Of a DNA stretch of 64,000 nucleotides, positions 19,201-28,202 are shown piece after piece. The position numbers were made by a program, and so were the translations under genes. Under the pieces are notes generated by a model that searched no databases, was not told where the DNA came from, and saw nothing but the letters and a program-made list of their open reading frames with translations. Each line of letters starts with the position of its first letter. Positions within the stretch are counted from its first letter, which is position 1. This DNA is from Candidatus Latescibacterota bacterium (GTDB lineage Bacteria; Latescibacterota; UBA2968; UBA8231), in contig OZ253462.1 of assembly GCA_965261395.1 (NCBI GenBank), positions 2,720,001 to 2,784,000 of the forward strand, given 5' to 3'.

Positions 19201-20156
19201 TTCTGCTCCACGTACTCGCGCTGCTGTGGCAAGCCGAAGAGCGTATTGCGAACCCTTTCGGCGACGGCGACGATATTGGCGTCGCCTTCCTTGTAGATCT
19301 CGATCTCGACGCTCTCTTTGCCGTTGACCCGGGTGATGATCTCGCGGTCCTTATGCGAGCGGACGACCTCGGCGATATCGCGCAGATAAATATCGGCATC
19401 GCCTTGACGAGCTACGATCAACTCGGCGATCTCATCGACTGTGGCGAACTCGTTGAGCGTGCGGATCAGATATTCGACTTGGCCCTCGCGCAAGTTGCCG
19501 CCGGGCAAATTGACGTTGTTTTGGGCTAGGCGGTTGTTTATCTGGTTGATGTCTAGGCCCATCACCGAGATCTGGCGCTCGTTGAGCGCGACGTGGATCT
19601 CTTCCTCCAAGCCGCCCTTGATTTTGACCGCCGCCACCCCGGCCAGCGCCTCTAGCTCGCGCTTGATTTCGTGCTCGGCGAGGTAGCGCAGTGCGTAGAG
19701 GTCATGCGGGCCGTGCAGGCCGATGCGCATGATCGGATCTAGGGAAGGGTCGTAGCGCAGCAGCAGGGGTTTCTCGGCGTCTTGGGGCAACCAGACGCGG
19801 TCGGCCTTCTCGCGGATCTCTTGGGACATCGCGTTCATGTCGGTGTCCCATTCAAATTCGAGGATGATGTCCGACTGCCCGGCCTTGGAGATGGAGCTGA
19901 TGTTGACGAGGTGAGGGACAATGCCCAATTCCTGCTCCAACGGGCGGGAGAGCAGGGTCTCGACTTCCTCCGGCGCGGTGCCCGGATATTCGGTGCGCAC
20001 CGTCAGGGTCGGGTAGGAAATGTCGGGCATCAGGTTCAGCGAGAGCCGCTGATAGGAGACCCAACCGAAAACGCAGACGGCCAGCACCACCATGAGAATG
20101 GCGACTGGCCGCCGGGTTGCAATAGAGAAGCGCGATGTGCTAACGGGCTGTTGCAC
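16269..20156 (-). CDS. RND efflux permease (AcrB/MdtB-like) with large insertions
   Basis: GMLVDNSIVVLESI, GIVVNNAIVLVD and RLRPIAMTT motifs; 1295 aa. Confidence 0.93.
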   Translation of the reverse strand: MQQPVSTSRFSIATRRPVAILMVVLAVCVFGWVSYQRLSLNLMPDISYPTLTVRTEYPGTAPEEVETLLSRPLEQELGIVPHLVNISSISKAGQSDIILEFEWDTDMNAMSQEIREKADRVWLPQDAEKPLLLRYDPSLDPIMRIGLHGPHDLYALRYLAEHEIKRELEALAGVAAVKIKGGLEEEIHVALNERQISVMGLDINQINNRLAQNNVNLPGGNLREGQVEYLIRTLNEFATVDEIAELIVARQGDADIYLRDIAEVVRSHKDREIITRVNGKESVEIEIYKEGDANIVAVAERVRNTLFGLPQQREYVEQKAREAQEMAQRSEEQKKQERDEAEKKQEAEKADSKKNKEEQQKEELQAKKQEAARKAMEHLRMTDFIGHRLPPGAKLELLSDQSGFIKNSITEVQINAIIGGTMAVLVLFVFLRNVVHTLIVGLTIPVSIMATFAPMYMFDVSLNIMSLGGLALGIGMLVDNSIVVLESIFRCREEGDDLIQATIRGTREVGTAVSASTLTTITVFFPIVFVEGVAGQIFGDMALTVVFSLLASLGVALYFIPMLASRQIDRQGGLAEQIGRSDFLRLQALSRTRAILSEPGSRWRKASQVALSLPYLIGEALLRIGLAAATLVAAVLKGIFLLVSELSWWLIKPVEYFWLKRERTFQSWVSAWAAESRIGEWTFFERVWPGILGFESPRSLGEIVQRYWHWVNRPEYPVWKTLKLLSLPLAMVYLVAVRFVFGTVLRLVGIVLHVALMLIGLVLVLVLVLLGILLMPVFLPLLFVFERGFGLVQQTYPALLGWALRRRLLIIGGALAALLVCWYKLLPELGTELIPQVHQAEFNLDLRLPVGTPLEGTAEIVRQIEEITAKQPQVERVATTVGTDRSASSSAEEGEHTAQVTVRMQEGSSAAQETALIRRLRDAVDEIPEIEVEVSHPALFSFKTPVEVEVRGYNLRQLRQLSLEAESRLAGLPGLVDVKSSLQAGNPELQISYKRDRLAAYGLSLRNVAELVRHKVQGKVATDFRQDERQIDVLVRLREKDRLGLDELRRLVINPNAPIPIPLSAVADIRVNEGPSEIRRIDQQRAAVVTANIQGVDLGTASGLIHDELGKMDFPLGFDFMISGQNEEMETSLQSLYFALVLAIFLVYVVMASQFESLVHPFIIMFTVPLALIGVVVALYLAQVSLSVVVFIGLIMLAGIVVNNAIVLVDYINTLRRAGMEKTEAIIQAGAVRLRPIAMTTATTVLGLLPMALGLGEGAEIRTPMALTVIAGLVSSTFLTLVVIPTVYSLVDRRA

Positions 20157-20160
20157 GGGC

Positions 20161-21324
20161 CTAGCCTTGGCCCACGTCGTCGGCTGAGTTGATCACGCGC
20201 ACCCGCGTGCTGTCTTTGAGGCCGTTTTGCCCGACGACGATGATCGGGGTACCGGAGTCGATGTCGGCGAGTGCTTCGATAAAATCGGCGTCCTCAAACC
20301 CGGGCTGCAACTTGATCCGCGCGGCCGTGGTGTCCTTGACGGCGAACACGAACCGGTCGCCGCCGTCGTACACGATCGCCTGCTTGGGTATCAACACGGC
20401 GTCAGTGTGCGTGGCAGTGACGATGCGCACGTTGACGAAGAGGCCGGGCCGCAAGTACTGCCAGCGGTCGCGCAAGCCCACCGTGACCTTGAAGGTGCCG
20501 CTCCTAGGATCAACTACGGGGCTGATGCGCTTGACCCAGCCGTGAAACTGCTTGTCGGGCAAAAAATCCGAGGTGATGAGGGCCTGCTGGCCGCTGCCGA
20601 CGGTGGTGAGGTACTGGCCGGGCGCGAAGACGCGGGCGATCAGGTCGTCGAGCTTGATTAGGTCGTAGAGCTTGCTACTAGGCCCCACCCGGGCTCCGAC
20701 TTGCACGTAGCGCTCGGTGATCACGCCGGAAAACGGCGCGATGACTTCTGCGTATTCCAACTCTAGGCGAGCGCGCTCTAGCCGGAGCCGGGATTGTTCA
20801 AAGTTGTATTTGGTGGTCTCGAATTCTTGATCGCTGATGAGGTTGCGCTCAAACATGGCCTCGGTGCGCTTGAAGCCGGTCTGCTGATAGTGGTAGTTGG
20901 CGTGGGCCTCCTCCGCGGCGATGCGCAACTGCTTGTCCTCGATGCGGATGAGGGTGTCGCCCATTTCGACGCGCTCGCCCTCCTCGACTCTGAGCTGTTT
21001 GACGAGCCCGCTGATTTGGGGGTAAATCTCGACGGCCGCCTCGGTTTCGATTGTCGAGTTGAAGAGCAGATGCGCGGAAATTTCGCCCGTGTGTGCGAGG
21101 GCGACTTCGACGGGCACCGCTTCTATGAGCTTGGATAGGCTATCGGCGGCCGTGCTGTCGGCTTGGGCTGCTGAGTCTGGGTCGTCGCCCTCGTCTTGCC
21201 CGCCCACTTGCACACTGCAAGCCCCCAAAGCTGCCGCCAACAATAGTACGCTTGTCCTGTGCCATGCGTTCAAAATCGTCTTTCTCCGGGTTTTGTGGGC
21301 TTGTAAGTGGCGAAAGTAGTGCAT
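20161..21324 (-). CDS. RND membrane-fusion (periplasmic adaptor) protein
   Basis: Lipobox-like LGAC, VEEGERVEMGD and APFSGVI motifs. Start may lie slightly downstream. Confidence 0.9.
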   Translation of the reverse strand: MHYFRHLQAHKTRRKTILNAWHRTSVLLLAAALGACSVQVGGQDEGDDPDSAAQADSTAADSLSKLIEAVPVEVALAHTGEISAHLLFNSTIETEAAVEIYPQISGLVKQLRVEEGERVEMGDTLIRIEDKQLRIAAEEAHANYHYQQTGFKRTEAMFERNLISDQEFETTKYNFEQSRLRLERARLELEYAEVIAPFSGVITERYVQVGARVGPSSKLYDLIKLDDLIARVFAPGQYLTTVGSGQQALITSDFLPDKQFHGWVKRISPVVDPRSGTFKVTVGLRDRWQYLRPGLFVNVRIVTATHTDAVLIPKQAIVYDGGDRFVFAVKDTTAARIKLQPGFEDADFIEALADIDSGTPIIVVGQNGLKDSTRVRVINSADDVGQG

Positions 21325-21381
21325 TACTTAACAGTTATTCAACCCTGCAAAGTGGACATTGTCAAATGGAGATGAGCTATC

Positions 21382-21804
21382 GTGAGCTATCAAAACGTCA
21401 GTCCAACTGAGGCGAAGGAATTGCTTGAAGGCGATGCGGGCGCGGTCTATATCGACGTCCGCTCCATCCCCGAATACGAGAGCGGCCATCCGGCCGGCGC
21501 GCTTAACATCCCCATCATGCAACGCCACGCCGTGGGCATGGTTCCCAACCTCGATTTCGTCCAGGTCGTCCAAGCCCATTTTGCCACGGATGTCAAGCTG
21601 CTCGTCGGCTGCCAATCGGGCGCGCGCTCCATGCGCGCTTGTGAGGTCCTCGTCGCCGCTGGCTTTACGGATGTGGCCAACGTCACCGCCGGCTTTGGTG
21701 GGTCGCGCACCGAACGCGGCTGGCAGGGCCTAGGCTTTCCGGTCGAATTCGGCACCAGCGACGACAAAGGCTACGCGGCCCTAAGCGGCGATGCGGGCGC
21801 GTGA
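21382..21804 (+). CDS. Rhodanese-like sulfurtransferase
   Basis: IDVRSIPEYESGHPAGALNIP and active-site CQSGARS. Confidence 0.9.
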   Translation: MSYQNVSPTEAKELLEGDAGAVYIDVRSIPEYESGHPAGALNIPIMQRHAVGMVPNLDFVQVVQAHFATDVKLLVGCQSGARSMRACEVLVAAGFTDVANVTAGFGGSRTERGWQGLGFPVEFGTSDDKGYAALSGDAGA

Positions 21805-22496
21805 GCAAGTTGCTCAATCCCTATTTTCAGGTGGGGCTCGACGTGATGGAGCAGCCCTGCTTGGTCATCGGCGGGGGGCGCGAGGCCGAAGACAAAGCCG
21901 GTCGCTTGCTAACCGCGGGTGCGCGGTTGACGGTGGTTAGCCCGAGCGCGACGCCCGCGCTCGTCGAATGGGCTGCGGCCGGCCGCCTCACCCACCACCC
22001 GCGCTGCTTTGCGGAGCGCGATCTCGATGGCGTCTTCTTGGTGCTGAACACCGTGCGCGACAGCGCGCTGACGGCGCGGGTGTACGAACTCGCCTTGGCG
22101 CGCAAGATCCTGATCAACTCCTACGACAACCCGGCCTATTCCAACTTTGGCATGGTCGCCTTGGTGCATCCGGGCCACTTGCGGCTGAGCATTTCTACCT
22201 CCAACGCCAGCCCTACCCTATCCAGTCGCTTGCGGCAAGATCTCGAAGAGATTTTCGCCGAGGAATTTGCTTCATACCTCGACTGCTTGGCCGAGGCGCG
22301 CCAGCGGGTGCGCGAACGGGTCGCCGACCGCGAGACGCGCTTTGCCCTGCTGCGTTCTTTGGTCAGCGGCTTCCGCCTAGAAGGGACGCTGCGCTATCCA
22401 GCCGACTGGAAGCGGCACGTGGACACGCTGCTGACGTGTGAATTGGAATTTTGCGGGACGGAGGAGCGGTGTGCGGATTGTCCATTGGGAAGCTGA
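21801..22496 (+). CDS. Precorrin-2 dehydrogenase/sirohydrochlorin ferrochelatase (CysG N-terminal/SirC-like)
   Basis: CLVIGGGREAEDK and LSISTSNASPTLSSRLR motifs. Confidence 0.85.
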   Translation: MSKLLNPYFQVGLDVMEQPCLVIGGGREAEDKAGRLLTAGARLTVVSPSATPALVEWAAAGRLTHHPRCFAERDLDGVFLVLNTVRDSALTARVYELALARKILINSYDNPAYSNFGMVALVHPGHLRLSISTSNASPTLSSRLRQDLEEIFAEEFASYLDCLAEARQRVRERVADRETRFALLRSLVSGFRLEGTLRYPADWKRHVDTLLTCELEFCGTEERCADCPLGS

Positions 22497-22530
22497 TACG
22501 GGAAGATTCCATGGCTGGGTGAAAAAACCG

Positions 22531-23169
22531 TCAGCACAACCTCTCCACTTCATCTACCACCTCTCGCACCGATCTTAGCACTTTGTACGCAGGCGAAAAA
22601 TCCCCGTGTTGCGACAACGCATTCGGCACGGCCAACACGCGCAACCCAGCCTTTGCTGCCGCGGCGCATCCCCGCTCAGAATCCTCCACGACAACACATG
22701 AATCGGGTTTTAACCCATGTAGTCGCATGGCCGTCAAGTACGCATCTGGATGTGGCTTGGCTTCTTTGTAATCTTCCTTTGTGACTACAAACTCGAAAAA
22801 TTGGAGCAGATTCGTCTGGGCGTGAATGATGTCAAAGTGATCTTTGCGCGACCCCGTCACCACCCCCATAAGCACGCGACCATGTAATGCCCTGAGCGTC
22901 TCCACCACCCCATCCAAAACCCGCACGTGTTCCCGCAGCAACGCACTGTAGCGCGCATTGCGCTGCAAGCGCAACCGATCAATTAATTCAGCATCTTGGT
23001 TGGGCAATAGGTCAAATACACTTCGCCCCTTTTGCAACGACTGTTCAACAAAATCCTCCTGCGTCAGTTCAATACCCTGTGTTGCCATGACCTCCCGCCC
23101 CGCCTGAAAGTACAGCCCCTCGGTATCTACCAGCACTCCATCGTTATCCCACAAAATAGCGCGAATCAC
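22531..23169 (-). CDS. HAD-family phosphatase
   Basis: WDNDGVLVDTE, KPHPDAY and VVEDSERG motifs. Confidence 0.92.
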   Translation of the reverse strand: MIRAILWDNDGVLVDTEGLYFQAGREVMATQGIELTQEDFVEQSLQKGRSVFDLLPNQDAELIDRLRLQRNARYSALLREHVRVLDGVVETLRALHGRVLMGVVTGSRKDHFDIIHAQTNLLQFFEFVVTKEDYKEAKPHPDAYLTAMRLHGLKPDSCVVVEDSERGCAAAAKAGLRVLAVPNALSQHGDFSPAYKVLRSVREVVDEVERLC

Positions 23170-23521
23170 AAGTTCCTCTTTATTTTAACACCAAAAGCTA
23201 AGTACACGACAGTAAGCTAAGTTGTGGTACAGCCCCAATTTAGGTTTATTTGTAATCGCCCAAGATTGCATCTAAATCCTAAATACAGGAGCTGTACCGT
23301 GCTTATTCATACGCTAAAGAAAGCGCTCATGCAAGGGTCTGTATCCCTCACGCGCCACCGCCTGGACCTGATGAGTGGCTTGGTCTGTGCGCTGATGCAA
23401 GTGCGTTCGGTCAATCTGAGAAAACTCGCGTGTAGTCTGCCCGGCATGGCTCAAATAGACAGTCAATATCGTCGCCTACCGCGTTTTTTCAGCAGCGGAT
23501 TCTCCCCGGCCGTGTTTACTC

Positions 23522-25564
23522 AGTGATATTACGCAGCTCATAGGCATTGGTTTATCTTTTCTGACATGGATAAAAAACTGTTAGCCCTCTATAGTGATTA
23601 TCTGTTGAGTTCTTTTGGCGCTACGACCGCCACCGGCCTTTCGTCTTTGTTGGATGGCCAAATCAGCCACGACCCCGTGACGCGCTTTTTGTCTCAGGCC
23701 GACGACCCGTCGAAAGAGCTCTGGCATCAAGTCAAATCCGTGGTGCGCACCATCGAGCGCGAAGACGGGGTGCTCATTTTCGATGATACGATTCAGCAAA
23801 AGCCGTACACGGATGAAAATGAGTTGATCTGTTGGCCCTTCGATCCTAGTAAAAACCGCTCCGTCAAAGGCTTGAATCTGCTCAATTGCATCTATCAGGC
23901 CGGCGAGGTCCGTGTGCCGGTGGCCTATGCGTTAGTGCGTAAACCGATTCCGTTTTGCGATCGCCAAACGCGGCGGGTCAAACGCAAAAGCGAGGTGACT
24001 AAAAACCAATGGCGGCGGCAGATGCTACAGACCTGCCAGCAGAATCGCCTGCGCTACCGCTAGGTCTGGGCCGATAGTTGGTTTTCGGCCCAGGAAAACC
24101 GGTCATTTATCCGCCCAGACCTGAAGAAACACTGTATCGTCGCCCTCCAATCCAACCGGACGGTCGCCTTGAGCCCACAAGACAAAGCCCACAGCCGCTT
24201 CGTGCGCATCGATACGCTGGACGGGTCAGACCCCACGCCGGTAACCGCCGGGATCAAAGGACTCCCTTTTCCGATCCTGCTGCATCGGCGAGTCTTTACA
24301 AACAAAGACGATTCCACCGGTATTTTGTATCTGGCCTGTAGTGATCTCGACCCACATGGAGACGCCCTTGAGACGATCTATCAAAAACGATGGAAAGTCG
24401 AAGTCTTTCACCAAACGCTCAAGTCCCATGCCGCGCTGGCCAAGGCGCCGACCAAACGGGTCCGTACCCAAAGCAACCACGTCTTTATGGCCATCTATGC
24501 AGCCTTCTCCTTAGAAGCCGTCTGAAAACCCTCTGATGTAGCCGAATTTGAAAGGGCGTACTCATCGAGCCATATTCAGGTTTCACCACAAAATCTGAAC
24601 AGAAAGGCTTGTATAATGAGTACGCCGCGTAGGCAATATGCCACCGATCTAACCGATGGACAATGGCAGCGGATCGAACCGTTGCTGCCCGCGCCGCGCT
24701 GGCGGCTTCACGGTCCGGGTCGGCCGCCGCGGGATCGACGCCAAATCGTCAACGGCCTTTTATATTTGAACAAGACGGGGTGTCCTTGGGCTTTGTTGCC
24801 TGCTTGTTTTGGGCCGTGGAAAACGGGGTATGATTACTTTCGTCGCTGGAGCCTGCAAGGGGTCTGGCCGCCGGTGTTGGATCGGTTGACCAAGCGGGAA
24901 CGCCGCCAGAGCGGCCGGGCGGCGATGCCGTCGGCTGGCTGCGTCGATAGTCAGACGATTAAGACCGCAACGCATGGTAAAACAACCGGGTATGACGCCG
25001 GTAAAAAGATCAAAGGCCGCAAACGGCATTTGTTGGTGGACACGTCGGGTTTGCTTCGACAGGTGGTGGTCACCGCCGCCGATGTCGATGATCGAGAGGG
25101 TTTGAAGCAGGTGTTGACCCGCTTGAAGGCCGCCGGAGTGGCTCGGTTACGCAAGCTGTGGGTTGATGGCGGCTACCAAGGCGAGGCCATCCGAACGTGG
25201 GTGGCCAACCAAAAAAAGACGCACAAAATAGACTTGGAAGTCGTCGCCAAACAAGGCTCCGGATTTACCCTAGTTAAACGCCGGTGGGTCGTCGAGCGCA
25301 CCTTGGCGTGGTTGATGAATTTTCGCCGACATGCGAGAGATTATGAGGTCTTGACCCGCCATAGTGAAGCCTTGATCCAGATTGCCATGATCCACTTGCT
25401 ACTTAAACGAATCAAATGAAAATTAGAGTTTTCAGACGGCTTCTTAGAGTGGCTGCGCATCAAGCAGCGGATGAATCCGTTTGCCCTCCGATCAAAACTC
25501 TATCTCAAGGCCATTCGACACGCCTTTGAAGAATGGCAGCACCTAAAGACTGCGTAACATCACT
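23522..25564 (+). mobile_element. IS701-like element (pseudogene) inserted in the IS4-like transposase
   Basis: IRs AGTGATATTACGCAG / CTGCGTAACATCACT; ORF MDKKLLALYSDYLLSSF...VLIFDDTI with internal TAG at 24061. Its C-terminus resumes after the IS5 copy (LEWLRIK...KTA*). Confidence 0.8.
24514..25443 (+). mobile_element. IS5-family element (IS1031-like), copy 1; transposase 24616..25419
   Basis: TIR GAAGCCGTCTGAAAAC / GTTTTCAGACGGCTTC; TTA duplication; YATDLTD, VDSQT, GRKRHLLVDT and RWVVERT motifs. Confidence 0.93.
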
Positions 25565-25924
25565 AATATAAGTTGATCGTCTCTAAGCTGGTGCGCCCCG
25601 GCCAGCCCCAGGTGTTGGTCATGGATCGTAGCCATTGGAAGTTGGGTCGCACCGATCTGAATCTGTTATGTGTCGGTCTGGTCTACCAAAGGGTGTCTAT
25701 TCCGTTGGTCTATCAGTCGTTGCAAAAGCCGGGCAACTCCCATACCGAAGAACGTAAACACCTGCGGACCCAAGTATGGGCCTAGCTGGATGCCAGCGTG
25801 TGTTGTTTAGTCGCAGACCGCGAGTTTATCGGTCGAGATTGGTTGGCCTTTTTGTTGGAGCAATCCGTCGATTTTGTCATTCGCCTACGGGGCAATACCT
25901 CGCTTACGCTTGACGATGGTCGGC

Positions 25925-25964
25925 GGCGTTATGCGGCCACCTTTGGCGTTATGCGGCCACCTTT
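25925..25964 (+). repeat. 20-bp tandem duplication that frameshifts the IS4-like transposase
   Basis: GGCGTTATGCGGCCACCTTT present twice. Confidence 0.85.
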
Positions 25965-26432
25965 AATGAACGGATGCCCCGAAACACCACCCGATACTAT
26001 CCACACCCGACCCTCTATAACGGCCTAACGCTGCATCTGGTGTGCCACCGCCCCGCCCGCGGCGAACGCATCCTGCTGATTACCAACCGAACCGACCTCC
26101 AACAGGGGCTGGCCGTCTATGGACAGCGCTGGGCTATTGAGACGACGTTTGCTTGTTTGAAATCGAGAGGATTTAATCTCGAAGATACCCACATGACCCA
26201 TCCTCAACGCATACATTTGCTGCTGGGACTGCTGGCATGGACGCTGCTATGGGCACTGCTCATGGGCGAGCAACTCCATCAAAGAAAACCCAGCCCCCTA
26301 AAAAAACATGGACAACCCGCCATAAGCCTCTTTCGACGAGGACTTGATCAACTCACCCAGATCATACACCAAGTGCGTGAGCAGCCTAAACAGGCCCAAC
26401 AATATCAACCCATTTTACTGTCGTGTACTTAG

Positions 26433-26703
26433 GGTACGGACTAATATCGCCGCCATCAAGAATTAACTGCTCAATCTCCGCAAGGGCATTACAATGCTCC
26501 AGAATACACGAGAAGTTTTTCGACTTGAGGATGTGACGAGGCTCCAACGCTATCAACCTCCTACATACACCAAAGTAGCCGCACACCAACTCGTGGTCAT
26601 CGGTAACATCGACTACATTATAGCCTAGCCGAACGAGTTCGGTTCGGAAAAACGTCACAAGGTCGCGGCGGAGATCTATGTCGATAGTGTGCTGTTCGGG
26701 CAT
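26433..26703 (-). pseudogene. 5' fragment of a hypothetical gene truncated by the IS4-like element
   Basis: ORF 26386..26703 reads into the IS right end; no continuation found at the other IS end. Confidence 0.55.
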
Positions 26704-26843
26704 ATCTCGGAATCAATGGCTGGCCTATGTGCTAGGCGTGTTGATAGATTGAAGAATAAAATTAAGGAGAACCTATGCCCAAACGCAAGATCGTCGTCAC
26801 CCGTGCCGCCGGGTCCGTCGCCGGCCGCACAGAGAAACAACTT

Positions 26844-27010
26844 ATGCGGATTGAGCAGATTGAAATCAAGAACTACCGTTCCTTCCGCCATGCCGTGTTT
26901 GAGGACTTACCCCCGATGGTCGTCGTCGTGGGCGCGAACGGCACGGGCAAGTCAACGCTACTCGACGTGTTTAACTTTCTCAAGGACGCGCTGACCCAGA
27001 ACTCGCCATG
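26844..27010 (+). pseudogene. N-terminal fragment of an ABC/AAA_21-type ATPase
   Basis: MRIEQIEIKNYRSF...VVGANGTGKSTLLD, then similarity is lost; no Walker B. Confidence 0.7.
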
Positions 27011-27163
27011 GCGGTGGCCGAGCCAGGCGGTCGACCTAGCCATTGCGTGGCAATCCAATCGATTGGATATTGAAGGAGCGTACTGCCTTACCGCTGACCG
27101 TGCGGTCTCGGTCTTCGACGGTAAACAATATCTCGTTCAAATTGCAGCAAAGGAGAGATATAA

Positions 27164-27628
27164 ATGGCCAAACTACTCGAAGAGATACTGAAGCAGAAAC
27201 AAGAGCAACAGGAAGCGTCGGAATTTAAACATGTAGCAGTTCGTCAGGAATGGATAGCCAACTGCGAACAGCTTATGTCGAAGATAGCTGGGTGGTTACA
27301 GCCTCTTAAAGACAAAAACTGGCTGGAGATCCAGTCAGGGGATATTCCGATTCGGGAAGACCAGCTTGGGGATTACGAAGCCCGATCTCTACGACTTATC
27401 TTTTTAGACAGCCAGATTCTCACCTTCAGACCGGTCGGGCATTTCATTGTAGGTGCTCAAGGACGAGTCGATGTGGTCTCGGGCAGCACCCTTCTCGCAA
27501 TGCTGCTGCATAAAGGAAATGACGAGTGGGACTTTGCGAGAAGAGAGAGCAGATCCGGGAAACCTGTACGGTGGGAATTCAATAGAAGTACCTTAGAGGA
27601 ATTTCTGGTTAAGTTCCTAGAAGAGTAA
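27164..27628 (+). CDS. Hypothetical protein
   Basis: RBS AAGGAG; 154 aa; 2 bp from the next gene. Confidence 0.7.
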   Translation: MAKLLEEILKQKQEQQEASEFKHVAVRQEWIANCEQLMSKIAGWLQPLKDKNWLEIQSGDIPIREDQLGDYEARSLRLIFLDSQILTFRPVGHFIVGAQGRVDVVSGSTLLAMLLHKGNDEWDFARRESRSGKPVRWEFNRSTLEEFLVKFLEE

Positions 27629-27630
27629 AA

Positions 27631-28161
27631 ATGCGCGAGTTCACTGGTGATTCGCTCCTCGAATGGTACGCCTTACTCCAACAAAATGTGCGCGACCTCG
27701 GCGACGAGCATTTCGAATCTTTCACACCGACTGAGCGCGACGAGTTACGTGCCGACCTGCTTGAGGAGATACGCAAGGACTACGCGTTCAAGCTCCTTAC
27801 GCTCTTGGAGGCAGGTATCCGAGAGGATTTTCTCGTATCTCTAAAACGAAAAAAGCGCGATAGAGTAAGCAGAGCGTATCGCGATCTGTGTAAGGAATAT
27901 CGCCGTGAGACTCGTCAAGTTGGCAAGCAGGCTACTCAGGCGTGTAGGCGGATTCCCCTTGAGCGGATCTTCGACAAGTTACGAGACTGTTTCAGCGACA
28001 TCGACGAGGCGTTTCGGAGGGTTTGCTCGGTGACCAAAGGATACTTCGGGTTTCGGAATTGGTATGCACACGGTCGGATTCGCACAATGCCAATTGTTCC
28101 CGATCCAGAGGACGTATATGATGCGTACGAGCGGTTTCAGGAGAAGGTACTGAATAGGTAA
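27631..28161 (+). CDS. Putative HEPN-domain protein
   Basis: Predominantly helical composition with C-terminal RNWYAHG (Rx4H). Confidence 0.6.
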   Translation: MREFTGDSLLEWYALLQQNVRDLGDEHFESFTPTERDELRADLLEEIRKDYAFKLLTLLEAGIREDFLVSLKRKKRDRVSRAYRDLCKEYRRETRQVGKQATQACRRIPLERIFDKLRDCFSDIDEAFRRVCSVTKGYFGFRNWYAHGRIRTMPIVPDPEDVYDAYERFQEKVLNR

Positions 28162-28202
28162 CTATTCAGCTTAGGACGAATTGGGGGTCACCTACAGGCA
28201 TT

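Larger units (their letters stand above)
23198..26432 (+). mobile_element. IS4-family-like element (degenerate), outer member of a triple nest
   Basis: 18-bp inverted ends CTAAGTACACGACAGTAA (23198) and TTACTGTCGTGTACTTAG (to 26432); transposase fragments at about 23300-23523 and 25573-26432 (ADREFIG, RWAIETTFACLKSRGFNLEDTH) with a stop and a frameshift. Confidence 0.85.

Noticed and set aside
14250-19529. Long plus-strand ORFs such as 15495..16811 and 18343..19296
   Set aside because: Antisense shadows of the GC-rich RND genes with no recognisable motifs.
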